From positions 1-56,523 of the forward strand of contig JAGMBN010000001.1 of NCBI GenBank assembly GCA_023129655.1: DNA of 56,523 nucleotides, read 5' to 3'. The stretch is from a bacterium (GTDB taxonomy: Bacteria > JAHJDO01). Of this stretch, positions 27,515-36,217 are shown piece after piece (within the stretch, counting starts at the first letter, position 1; the number at the start of each line of letters is the position of its first letter). The translations under genes were made by a program, and so were the position numbers. The notes under the pieces are model-generated. The model did no database searches, was not told the DNA's origin, and worked only from the letters and a program-made list of their open reading frames with translations.

Positions 27515-28687
27515 ATGAGTAGCAAAGTAACAGGAAACGCTGTCATCGGTCAATCAGGCGGACCAACGTGTGTTATTAATCAGAGTTTGGTTGGCGCAAT
27601 AATAGAAGCAAAAAGGCATCCTGAAATTCAAAAATTCTATGGGGCGCTGCATGGCGTAAAGGGAATACTTGATGAGAATTTTATTGATTTAGGGGCGCAG
27701 GACCCTGCAGTTCTCGAAAAAGTGGCCAACACACCATCTGCTGCGCTGGGATCTGTAAGAAAAAAACCTACTGAGGAGGAATGCGAAAAAATCGTTGAGA
27801 TATTCAAGAAGAATAATATCAGATATTTCTTTTATATCGGAGGTAATGATTCAGCGGAAACAGCAGATATTATAAATCAACTTGCAAACAAGGCAGGCTA
27901 CGATCTGACATCTTATCATATACCAAAGACCATTGATAATGACCTGCTCGTTACTGACCACTGTCCGGGTTATGGTTCTGCGGCAAAATTTGTTGCAATG
28001 GCAATAATGGGTGATAATCTTGATAATGGGGCTATCCCCGGAATTAAGGTTAATGTTATTATGGGAAGACACGCAGGATTTTTAACAGCTGCTTCCGCTC
28101 TTGGCAGACAGCACGAGAACGATGGTCCGCATCTGATTTACGTACCTGAAATTCCGTTTTCAAAGGAGAAATTCATACAAGATGTTAAAGATGTTTACAA
28201 CAGACTGGGGAGATGTCAGATAGCAGTCTCTGAAGGAATAAGTGATGACAAAGGCAATCCGATTTTCCAATCTGGAGTAAAGGATGCTCATGGAAATGTA
28301 CAACTGAGCGGCTCCGGAGGGCTTGGAGATATGCTAATAGATATTATTAAAAAAAATATTCCCGGCAAACTTAGAGCCAGAGCCGATACATTTGGCTATT
28401 TACAAAGATGTTTTCCCGGTATTGTTTCTGAAGCGGACACAGAAGAAGCAAGGCGTGTTGGAGAATTCGCAGTGAAGAGCGCCGTAGAAAGCGGTCTTAA
28501 GGATGGAAGCGTTGCAATAAAAGCAGACGGACTTTTTATAACCCCTCTTCATTCTGTTGCTAAAAATACACGAGGCATGCCAAGAGACTATATGAATGAG
28601 GAAAGCAACAATGTTACGGAAAAGTTTCTTGCGTATGCAAGACCTTTAGTAGGCAAATTACCTGAAATCGGGAAATTAAAAGTATAA
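27515..28687 (+). CDS. 6-phosphofructokinase, probably pyrophosphate-dependent type
   Basis: GQSGGPTCVINQS, IGGNDS, PKTIDNDL and IMGRHAG motifs. ATG 27515 is preferred because ATG 27503 lies inside the GGAGAG Shine-Dalgarno. Confidence 0.85.
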   Translation: MSSKVTGNAVIGQSGGPTCVINQSLVGAIIEAKRHPEIQKFYGALHGVKGILDENFIDLGAQDPAVLEKVANTPSAALGSVRKKPTEEECEKIVEIFKKNNIRYFFYIGGNDSAETADIINQLANKAGYDLTSYHIPKTIDNDLLVTDHCPGYGSAAKFVAMAIMGDNLDNGAIPGIKVNVIMGRHAGFLTAASALGRQHENDGPHLIYVPEIPFSKEKFIQDVKDVYNRLGRCQIAVSEGISDDKGNPIFQSGVKDAHGNVQLSGSGGLGDMLIDIIKKNIPGKLRARADTFGYLQRCFPGIVSEADTEEARRVGEFAVKSAVESGLKDGSVAIKADGLFITPLHSVAKNTRGMPRDYMNEESNNVTEKFLAYARPLVGKLPEIGKLKV

Positions 28688-28696
28688 TCTAACTAA

Positions 28697-28809
28697 ATGA
28701 CAAATGACAAAATCCAAATGTCCAATGAAATCCAAAATCCAAATGTCCAAATGAACCCACGATTTAAATCGTGGGTTCAAGGACGTAGGGGCAGGCCTTG
28801 CGCCTGCCC
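28697..28809. repeat. composite intergenic repeat element (short A/C-rich direct repeats plus two GC-rich palindromes)
   Basis: Degenerate AATCCAAATGTCCA-type repeats at 28700-28753. Perfect 24-bp palindrome AACCCACGATTTAAATCGTGGGTT (28754-28777). Hairpin GGGCAGGC-CTTGC-GCCTGCCC (28789-28809). Confidence 0.7.
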
Positions 28810-28813
28810 TAAT

Positions 28814-29701
28814 GTGCATTTGACATTATTTGTGTGTATCATATTTTTATTTTTATTTTCTTCGTTAGCATATTCCTATTCTCAATCAGACACGGAGCTT
28901 TTTCAGCTGTCTGATGCAAATAGAAAAAAGAGTGAGAAGCACTTCATCCTTGCAGAAAAGTATGCCGCTGGCAAAGAGATTAAAAAAGCTATCAAACACT
29001 ATGAACTTGCCATAAAGTATAATCCTGTGTATGTGGAGGCTTATTATAATCTTGGAAAATTATATGATAAACAGAATAAACTGGATAAGGCTATATCTCA
29101 ATACATGCTTGCTCTTAAGTATAATCCTAAATATACCAATGTTTATAATAGCTTAATGTGTATCTATAAAAAGCTTGGACGACTCGAAGAAATGGCAAAA
29201 CATTACAAACTTGCTATTTCTTATGACCCTAAATATAGCTGGGCATATTTTAATCTCGCCAGACTATATTTTGATATAAATAATACTCCAGATGCAATAA
29301 AGAACATAAAGTTCGCCATCAAGCACAGTCCTCAACATTCTGATAATTACAACAATCTCGGAGTCATTTATTGGAAACATGGTAAATTAGAGAAAGCTGA
29401 AGAGCAATATAAACTAGCTATTAAACATGATCCTAAACACGTTGCTTCTTATAATAATTTAGGCGCTGTATATCTGCATGAGGATAAGCTGGCGCAAGCT
29501 GAGAAGCAATTAAAACTTGCTATAAAATACGACCCGAAATTCTACTATGCTTATTACAATCTGGGATTGGTTTACTTAAAACAGGAAAAAAAGGAACAAG
29601 CCATAGCTCAAATGAAATTCGCTATCAAAAACAATCCCAACTTATCAGATACTTCCAATAATCACGGTATTGCTTATTACCAAAGACAATGGAAAAACTG
29701 A
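28814..29701 (+). CDS. TPR-repeat protein with N-terminal signal/anchor
   Basis: In-frame GTG 28814 gives the N-terminus HLTLFVCIIFLFLFSSLAYS, followed by about 8 tandem 34-aa TPR units (for example AIKHYELAIKYNPVYVEAYYNLGKLY). The ORF-track start 28697 would translate the repeat element. Confidence 0.75.
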   Translation: MHLTLFVCIIFLFLFSSLAYSYSQSDTELFQLSDANRKKSEKHFILAEKYAAGKEIKKAIKHYELAIKYNPVYVEAYYNLGKLYDKQNKLDKAISQYMLALKYNPKYTNVYNSLMCIYKKLGRLEEMAKHYKLAISYDPKYSWAYFNLARLYFDINNTPDAIKNIKFAIKHSPQHSDNYNNLGVIYWKHGKLEKAEEQYKLAIKHDPKHVASYNNLGAVYLHEDKLAQAEKQLKLAIKYDPKFYYAYYNLGLVYLKQEKKEQAIAQMKFAIKNNPNLSDTSNNHGIAYYQRQWKN

Positions 29702-29711
29702 ATAAACAACA

Positions 29712-31772
29712 TTAATCTTTGTTAGCTGTTTTACATTCGCTAACAGGAATTCGCATATCCATAGGCGATCCATAGTCCTGATGATCCAGAAATTCTCCTG
29801 CTCCTCCGGCTGCTCTGCCAAGAGCAAAGGACAAGAACGGAATATCCAGAACTCTCTGAATAGTGATTTTACTTGTTTTAAGATAGTTCCAGCAAATTCC
29901 TAACCAGATGCAGGCAATTGCTGCATCTAAATTAACGGCAAAAACATTTCTTGTTGCTCCAACAGCCTTTAAACTATGAACCAGAAGATGATAGAATTCC
30001 AGAAAGATATTAGTCTTCCCTATTCCTTTTAGATAATTATAAATGGACTTTTCTCTTGGATCATAATTAATATCTTCTCCCCTAAAAACCGGATGTCCTA
30101 TACATGGTATTCTCTCATAATCTATGCCTGCGTCCTTAGCCGAAAGTTTCTTACGCATAAATTCCTTTGCGCGCTTTAAAGCAAGTTCCTGAATATCTAT
30201 GGATCTTCTGTCAAATTCATACGGATCATCAAAATCAATATCTCTAAAAATCTTTATGAGAAATTCCGTTGCTTTCCGACCATTACCTCCGTGCACAGTG
30301 CCGATACATGCTAATGTAGAGATCATAGCGGTATTTGGATTGTTTCCTGCGGATGTGGAAAGTTTGGCTCCCTGAGCGGATATAGTTCCCGGACCGTTAG
30401 TAAGAGAAGCTGTAAGAGACATTTCCACAAGCTTGGTCTCAAACTCATGTTTTGGAAAACCTCCTGCCCAATAGAGAATTATGGACTCAATAAAGGAATG
30501 TTTTTCCATTAATTCTGTTAACGATTGTCCGTATATTCCTACTTTATGACCGTCGCTGTAAGATGCGTGAGACCTGTTGCGCATATCGGTTCTTGTTACA
30601 GTTGCGCCAAGAGTTGATCTCTCCAGATCCTCCAACTGAGATCTGTATGGCTGAGGAATATTACCATGGCTCAATACACAATCCGATGACAATTTCTTTG
30701 CTCTTTTTCCAAGATTGATACACCATGGATTTAATCTGAGCGGTGTGTATTTCTCATAATCTCTGTTCCAGCCGTTCATCTGATAAATGAATTGCGCAGC
30801 CTGTGGAAGGTGATGAAGCGCAGTAATCCTGATTCCTCTTTTTAAATCCTCTGCCTTATAATGCTTCTTTGGATCAAAGGAATTCTGTTCAAAATACTCA
30901 TCAAACATTCTCATTTTTGCAGAAGCAGAAGTATTATTCCCTTCTATTACAGCTCCCGCATGTCCGAGAGACAAATTCTTTCTTTCAAGGAGCTTTCCTG
31001 TTACATAAACTACAATGGGCTTGATGTAGCCTATCTTCTTTAGCGATTCTATAGCCTCAAACTCATATAATCCGCCGGGCTCTATGTACAATACAATCAA
31101 CTTGGTGTTTTCATCCTTTTCCGCAAGTTTGAGAAAATCAAGAAGAGGTGTTAGTATTAAAGCATCTTTTCCTGTCGAGATCCCAAATGAAGTTCCTAAT
31201 CCTGCGCTGAGCAGATACGACGACATAGTATTTACCATGTTGCCGCTGTTTGAGATAATAGAGACTGTCCCTTTTTTAAAACTTTCTTCCGGATTATCTC
31301 CTCCTACAGCGCCAACTCGCACGTGATCCATTGTGTTTATAACGCCAAGTGTGTTACAGCCTATCACGTCAACATTTGCCTCTAAAGCAAGACTGTGTAT
31401 TTTTGATGTAACTTCAATGGACACATGTTCTGTGATTATAAATATCGTCTCTATAAACTTTTCGCCGCAATTTATAATTTCTTTTACATCTCCATATACA
31501 GCTTGCGGAGGAGAGTATACAACAGCTTTGTTAGGATATTTGTTCTTTGATGTTTTTTTAAGAAGACTTCCAAAATCCGAAAAAACAGGTATGGAAGATC
31601 TATCTGAAACCGCTATCTTCTCTCCCCCCTTACCCAGCGCCCAGCCGCCAATTATATTGGGAGAGTACTTTTGAGACGTAATGCTCACTCCGCCAGCCTC
31701 TCTTCCTGTAATATTGGATACAGCTATTCTGTCACCCTTCTTCAATAAATCATGTAATGTTTTTGCTCTCAT
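29712..31772 (-). CDS. aclA: ATP-citrate lyase large subunit (CoA-ligase alpha-like half fused to citrate-synthase-like half)
   Basis: 686 aa. SucD-like motifs SNSGNM and phosphohistidine loop SLGHAGA. C-terminal citrate-synthase-like GHPVFRGEDINYDPRE. Confidence 0.8.
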   Translation of the reverse strand: MRAKTLHDLLKKGDRIAVSNITGREAGGVSITSQKYSPNIIGGWALGKGGEKIAVSDRSSIPVFSDFGSLLKKTSKNKYPNKAVVYSPPQAVYGDVKEIINCGEKFIETIFIITEHVSIEVTSKIHSLALEANVDVIGCNTLGVINTMDHVRVGAVGGDNPEESFKKGTVSIISNSGNMVNTMSSYLLSAGLGTSFGISTGKDALILTPLLDFLKLAEKDENTKLIVLYIEPGGLYEFEAIESLKKIGYIKPIVVYVTGKLLERKNLSLGHAGAVIEGNNTSASAKMRMFDEYFEQNSFDPKKHYKAEDLKRGIRITALHHLPQAAQFIYQMNGWNRDYEKYTPLRLNPWCINLGKRAKKLSSDCVLSHGNIPQPYRSQLEDLERSTLGATVTRTDMRNRSHASYSDGHKVGIYGQSLTELMEKHSFIESIILYWAGGFPKHEFETKLVEMSLTASLTNGPGTISAQGAKLSTSAGNNPNTAMISTLACIGTVHGGNGRKATEFLIKIFRDIDFDDPYEFDRRSIDIQELALKRAKEFMRKKLSAKDAGIDYERIPCIGHPVFRGEDINYDPREKSIYNYLKGIGKTNIFLEFYHLLVHSLKAVGATRNVFAVNLDAAIACIWLGICWNYLKTSKITIQRVLDIPFLSFALGRAAGGAGEFLDHQDYGSPMDMRIPVSECKTANKD

Positions 31773-32980
31773 ATCGTTAGCCTCGCCGCATACTCCGCAA
31801 CCAGCGACACAGGCGTATCAGGCCCAAAAATAACATGCGGTAAGTTTAATGCTTCCAGAGATTTCTTCATTACAAAAATACCTTTCGCAAGATGCGGGCC
31901 TCCCCTGCCTATAACCACCATACATGAAAGAGAACTGTGTTCCTTTGCATAATCTGTAAGAGCGTCAGCTATTGCCTTAAATGTAACATCAATTAATGTA
32001 TTGTTTGCCTTTCCTCCAAGTATAAGAAGCAGAGACGCATCCTTAAGATGATGCTTGAAGCATATCTGAACGGTTTTATACATTCTTTCATAAGGCGGAT
32101 TCCCGCCGAAATCCGATAAAAATATAGGATCTCCTCCATACTCCATAAGAGTTTCCGTAATAATAGTTGATGCTCCGCCGCCGAATAGAATGGGAAGAAT
32201 TGCTGAACCTCCTATGTCGCTCACATGAGCCTGACCTTGATGAGAGCTTGCCTGCCACTCATTCATCTCCTCTTCAAACTCTGAAATATCTTCGGGATAC
32301 TCGGGAATATCCAATTTTAGATTCTGGAACTTAAAGTTTGCTTCATCAAATACAGCCTTAAAATCGCAGGCAACCGGTTTTCCTTGAGGAGTGATTATCC
32401 ATGGATTTATTTCGCATAATTTCATTCCTGTAGAAATAAACATATCCCAGTAACTTACCAGCGCTCTGGCAAATTGGCTTATGTATTTGCTTGGATACTT
32501 AAGTTTTTCTAAGATACCGGACGCTTGGTACGCATCAAGTCCGCGGTAAATATCCACAGGGATTGTTATGATATCTTTCTGAGGTATGCTCTCAACATCA
32601 ACACCTCCTGAGAGTGATACAGTAATGGATGGAGTGAGAAATTTAGAATTATATGTAATAGCTGTATAAATTTCATATTTCTTAGGTATATGCTGAACAA
32701 CATATGCGGCTCTGGGAAGTTTTTCGCCAACAGGTGTGCTGCTAATCTTCTGCATTCCGGCAAGAGCTTCCCTGCTGTTATGTATAATTTTTATTGCGCC
32801 TGCTTTTCCTCTTTTCCCTGTCAGCACATCCGGTTTAACCATCCCTTTGCCGCCCCATCTTGATAAAGCATCTGTAAGATTCTTACTGCTGCAAGGAGGA
32901 GTTATAAATTCCGGCACAGGGATATTAAATCTATCTGCCATTTGCTGTAGAAAGATTAATTCTGTTATTTGTGCGCTCAT
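31769..32980 (-). CDS. aclB: ATP-citrate lyase small subunit (ATP-grasp, succinyl-CoA-synthetase-beta-like)
   Basis: 403 aa with ATP-grasp N-terminal half. ATGA overlap with aclA (31769-31772). Partner and size fit AclB. Confidence 0.75.
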   Translation of the reverse strand: MSAQITELIFLQQMADRFNIPVPEFITPPCSSKNLTDALSRWGGKGMVKPDVLTGKRGKAGAIKIIHNSREALAGMQKISSTPVGEKLPRAAYVVQHIPKKYEIYTAITYNSKFLTPSITVSLSGGVDVESIPQKDIITIPVDIYRGLDAYQASGILEKLKYPSKYISQFARALVSYWDMFISTGMKLCEINPWIITPQGKPVACDFKAVFDEANFKFQNLKLDIPEYPEDISEFEEEMNEWQASSHQGQAHVSDIGGSAILPILFGGGASTIITETLMEYGGDPIFLSDFGGNPPYERMYKTVQICFKHHLKDASLLLILGGKANNTLIDVTFKAIADALTDYAKEHSSLSCMVVIGRGGPHLAKGIFVMKKSLEALNLPHVIFGPDTPVSLVAEYAARLTI

Positions 32981-33954
32981 TTTCTCTCCTTTTTCCTTAG
33001 TTCCAGCACCATAACTCTCAAATTATTTATAGAAGTATTATCAGGTGTGTAAACAAATTCTATAATACTAACCTGTCTTTTGCTTTGTTCAATAACTCGC
33101 GCAACTTCCTTTCTCCATTGAGGAGAGGAAATTACAGTGTCCACTTTACCAACAACTTGTTTTAGCTGACTGCAAGAAGGATTTGTAAGCCTAAAGATTT
33201 TTTTAAATCTAACACCTATTTCATCCAGACTTCTTATAAGCTCTTCCCTGAATTTCTCCGATGTAGTAACAATGCCTATAGAAGATACGTCTGAAACTCT
33301 TGCAATATCCACAATAGTGTTCATTTGAAGCGTAAGACTTATCCCGTAAATCTTATCCCTGCATTCTTTCAAAAGATCCTTTAATTCATCCAAATGATAG
33401 AAAGATGTAATTATTAAATTTGCCCCATTAATTTCTTTTATTGCTTTGGGATTCTTGTTTCTTACGTCAGAAAGCACAATCGGAATAATCTTTATATGCG
33501 GATCAAGCCGAAGATGCTTGGAAAAATAAATGGTCTGCTCTATATTACATTCAACAAAAACCAGCCTTACATACTTCATCAATTCTTTTTTTTCTTTAAT
33601 AAACTTTCTTACACGTATTAAATACTCATCTAAAGAAAACTCCATTCTTAGCGCTTCTTCAACAGAATGCTCAATATTCCTCAGCAAAATTTCTCTCTTG
33701 CTAAGTCCTATAAAATTCTCAGGACTTGTTATAAATGTACCTTTCCCAATATGCGTCTGTATTATCCCCTCTTTTTCAAGTTCAGCATACGCCATACTAA
33801 CAGTATTGCGGCTAATATTCAGATTTTCAGACAGTTCTCTTTGAGTAGGCAAACGCAGATCTTTCAGTCCTTCTTTTTTTATGATGTTATTGATCTGCTC
33901 TTTCATCTGAACATAAATAGGCAACTTGCTTTTGCGGTCAATGTTTAAATTCAC
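32977..33954 (-). CDS. GntR-family regulator with a ~250-aa alpha/beta C-terminal sensor-like domain
   Basis: wHTH LPTQRELSENLNISRNTVSMAYAELEKEGIIQTHIGKGTFI. The C-terminal alternating beta/alpha pattern is unassigned. GTG start 33954. ATGA overlap with aclB (32977-32980). Confidence 0.75.
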   Translation of the reverse strand: MNLNIDRKSKLPIYVQMKEQINNIIKKEGLKDLRLPTQRELSENLNISRNTVSMAYAELEKEGIIQTHIGKGTFITSPENFIGLSKREILLRNIEHSVEEALRMEFSLDEYLIRVRKFIKEKKELMKYVRLVFVECNIEQTIYFSKHLRLDPHIKIIPIVLSDVRNKNPKAIKEINGANLIITSFYHLDELKDLLKECRDKIYGISLTLQMNTIVDIARVSDVSSIGIVTTSEKFREELIRSLDEIGVRFKKIFRLTNPSCSQLKQVVGKVDTVISSPQWRKEVARVIEQSKRQVSIIEFVYTPDNTSINNLRVMVLELRKKERK

Positions 33955-33977
33955 TATTAACTTCCTTTTTCAATATT

Positions 33978-34024
33978 GGACTAATCTATTAGTCCTAATG
34001 TAACACATCTATTATTCTTGTCAA
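33978..34024 (-). promoter_or_regulatory. promoter of gntR-aclBA with a palindromic operator at the start site
   Basis: On the minus strand: TTGACA (34024-34019), 16-nt spacer, TACATT (34002-33997). One nt later comes the palindrome GGACTAAT-NN-ATTAGTCC (33995-33978). Confidence 0.5.
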
Positions 34025-34054
34025 TATAAATTATTGAAAAATTTTAAAAAAAGC

Positions 34055-34082
34055 TTGACAGATATAGAGAATAAGATATAAT
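34055..34082 (+). promoter_or_regulatory. consensus sigma70-type promoter of aconitase-icd
   Basis: TTGACA (34055-34060), 16-nt spacer, TATAAT (34077-34082). It lies 168 nt upstream of the aconitase ATG. Confidence 0.6.
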
Positions 34083-34108
34083 TCATTAGATTTAATAATT
34101 GCTGTTAC

Positions 34109-34249
34109 ATAATTGGACTGAGCCAATTATATGTAGGGACAGGTCGTGACCTGTCCGATACAAAGGCTAACATTGAAATTCCTAAATATTTAAGTTATAT
34201 TAAACATCCCCCATAGTCCCCCTTCAAAAGGGGAATTAAAGGGGGATGT
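34109..34249 (+). repeat. three consecutive hairpins in the aconitase 5' leader
   Basis: ATAATTGG-ACTGAG-CCAATTAT (34109-34130). GGACAGGTC-GT-GACCTGTCC (34137-34156). ACATCCCCC (34204-34212) pairs with GGGGGATGT (34241-34249), enclosing CCCCTT-CAA-AAGGGG (34219-34233). Confidence 0.7.
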
Positions 34250-34250
34250 A

Positions 34251-36215
34251 ATGAACAAGGAGGACATAAAAGTGGGTTTAGGTGTAGTAGAAAAAATTAT
34301 AAAAGCACATCTTGTAAAAGGGAAAATGGTTACTGGTGATGAGACCATAACAAGAATAGATCAGACTCTTACGCAAGACGCTACAGGAACAATGGCCTAT
34401 CTCCAGTTTGAAGCTCTTGGAATTCCAAAGATAAAAACAGAACTGGCTGTTAGTTATGTTGACCATAATACCATACAAGTGGGTTTTGAGAATGCTGATG
34501 ATCATCGTTATCTTCAAACTGCCGCTTCCAAGTATGGCGCTTATTTTTCCAGAGCGGGAAATGGAATATGTCATCAGGTGCATCTGGAAAGGTTTGCTGA
34601 ACCTGGGAAAACCCTGCTTGGTTCGGATTCTCACACTCCGACAGCAGGAGGCATGGGAATGCTTGCTATCGGAGCGGGCGGACTGGACGTGGCTGTAGCA
34701 ATGGGAACATGTGAATATACTATGCGTTATCCAAAAATCATCCGCATTAATCTGAAAGGTAAATTAAATCCGTGGATAAACGCAAAGGATATAATACTTA
34801 CAATTTTGAAGATGTTCGGCACTAAAGAAAATGTTGGAACTATAATAGAATATGGAGGTGCAGGACTTGAAAGTTTAGATGTTCCGGAAAGAGCTACTAT
34901 AACTAATATGGGTGCAGAGCTCGGTATCACTACCTCAGTATTTCCAAGTGATAAGCTTACGAAAAGATTTCTTCTCTCTCAGAATAGAGGAGATCAATGG
35001 AAAGGATTAAAAGCAGATTCAGACGCTAAGTACGAAAAAGTAATAAATATTAATCTTGCTGAAATTGAACCAATGCTGGCATGTCCTCATAGCCCGGGTA
35101 ATGTTGCTCCTGTAAGAGAACTAATTGGAAAAAGAGTAGATCAAGTGATCATTGGCAGCTGCACCAACTCTTCCTACAGGGATCTTAAGACAGCTGCTCA
35201 TATAGTCAAAGGACATAAAATCTCAGAGAATGTGAGCTTTGTAGTTGCCCCTGGTTCAAGACAGGTATTAAAAATGATAACAGATGACGGCAGCCTTTCT
35301 GCACTGATTGATGCAGGCGCTAGAATTGCAGAGTGCGTATGTGGATTCTGTATTGGGAACAGCCACGCTCCAGCTACAGAAGCAGTAAGCATCAGAACCA
35401 ATAATAGAAATTTCAAGGGTCGTTGTGGAACTCAATCTGCTTCTGTTTTTCTATCAAGCCCTGAGACAGCTGCTGCGTGCGCACTGTCCGGAGTGATCTA
35501 TGATCCGCGTGATCTTAAAGAACTGGTTTTCCCATCTTTTGACCTGCCAAAGAAATTTCATGTAGATGATACTATGATCATCCCTCCTGTGTCTGATGGC
35601 AAAAAAACAAAAATATGCAAAGGTTCGAATATTGGAGAGCCTCCAAAAAACGAACCTTTATCTGAAAACATCAATGGCAAGATTGCAATTAAAGTAGGAG
35701 ATGAAATTACAACTGATCACATAATGCCTGCAGGATCAAAATTGAAATATCGTTCCAATATTAAAAAATACTCTCAATTTGTATTTGAAGGGATTGAGAC
35801 ATCTTTTCCAAAACAATGCAAGGACAATAGATTAGATGGTTACAGTAATATTATTGTGGCTGGCCTGAGCTACGGTCAGGGCTCAAGCCGCGAGCATGCA
35901 GCTATATGCCCGATGTATCTGGGAGTAAAAGCTGTTATTGCAAAATCCATAGAAAGAATCCACAGAACTAATTTAATAAACTTTGGCATCCTGCCTCTCA
36001 TCTTCATAAAACCCGATGATTATCAGCATCTGAATGCAGGAGACATTATAGAAATTTTGGATATAGGTAAAACAATAACAAAAAACGCAAATCTGGTTTT
36101 GAAAAACAAAACCAGGAATGTTGATATTGAGTTAAAACATGATTTTACCGAAAAAGAAAAACAAATAATAGCGGCAGGAGGTTTATTAAACTATATAAAA
36201 AGAAAGGGTAAATAA
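34251..36215 (+). CDS. aconitate hydratase (short ~650-aa form)
   Basis: 654 aa. Fe-S ligand contexts [14 protein letters not shown] and CGFCIGN. C-terminal swivel domain with [10 protein letters not shown]. Confidence 0.9.
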   Translation: MNKEDIKVGLGVVEKIIKAHLVKGKMVTGDETITRIDQTLTQDATGTMAYLQFEALGIPKIKTELAVSYVDHNTIQVGFENADDHRYLQTAASKYGAYFSRAGNGICHQVHLERFAEPGKTLLGSDSHTPTAGGMGMLAIGAGGLDVAVAMGTCEYTMRYPKIIRINLKGKLNPWINAKDIILTILKMFGTKENVGTIIEYGGAGLESLDVPERATITNMGAELGITTSVFPSDKLTKRFLLSQNRGDQWKGLKADSDAKYEKVININLAEIEPMLACPHSPGNVAPVRELIGKRVDQVIIGSCTNSSYRDLKTAAHIVKGHKISENVSFVVAPGSRQVLKMITDDGSLSALIDAGARIAECVCGFCIGNSHAPATEAVSIRTNNRNFKGRCGTQSASVFLSSPETAAACALSGVIYDPRDLKELVFPSFDLPKKFHVDDTMIIPPVSDGKKTKICKGSNIGEPPKNEPLSENINGKIAIKVGDEITTDHIMPAGSKLKYRSNIKKYSQFVFEGIETSFPKQCKDNRLDGYSNIIVAGLSYGQGSSREHAAICPMYLGVKAVIAKSIERIHRTNLINFGILPLIFIKPDDYQHLNAGDIIEILDIGKTITKNANLVLKNKTRNVDIELKHDFTEKEKQIIAAGGLLNYIKRKGK

Positions 36216-36217
36216 CA

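Noticed and set aside
28700-28753. Short direct repeats considered as a mini CRISPR array or coding tandem repeat
   Set aside because: The units are about 14 nt, degenerate and contiguous, with no spacers, and no cas genes are present. They fit a dispersed intergenic repeat better.
29702-29711. Only 10 bp between the convergent stop codons of the TPR gene and aclA, with no terminator
   Set aside because: This is real but not informative on its own. Convergent genes in compact genomes often lack recognisable intrinsic terminators.
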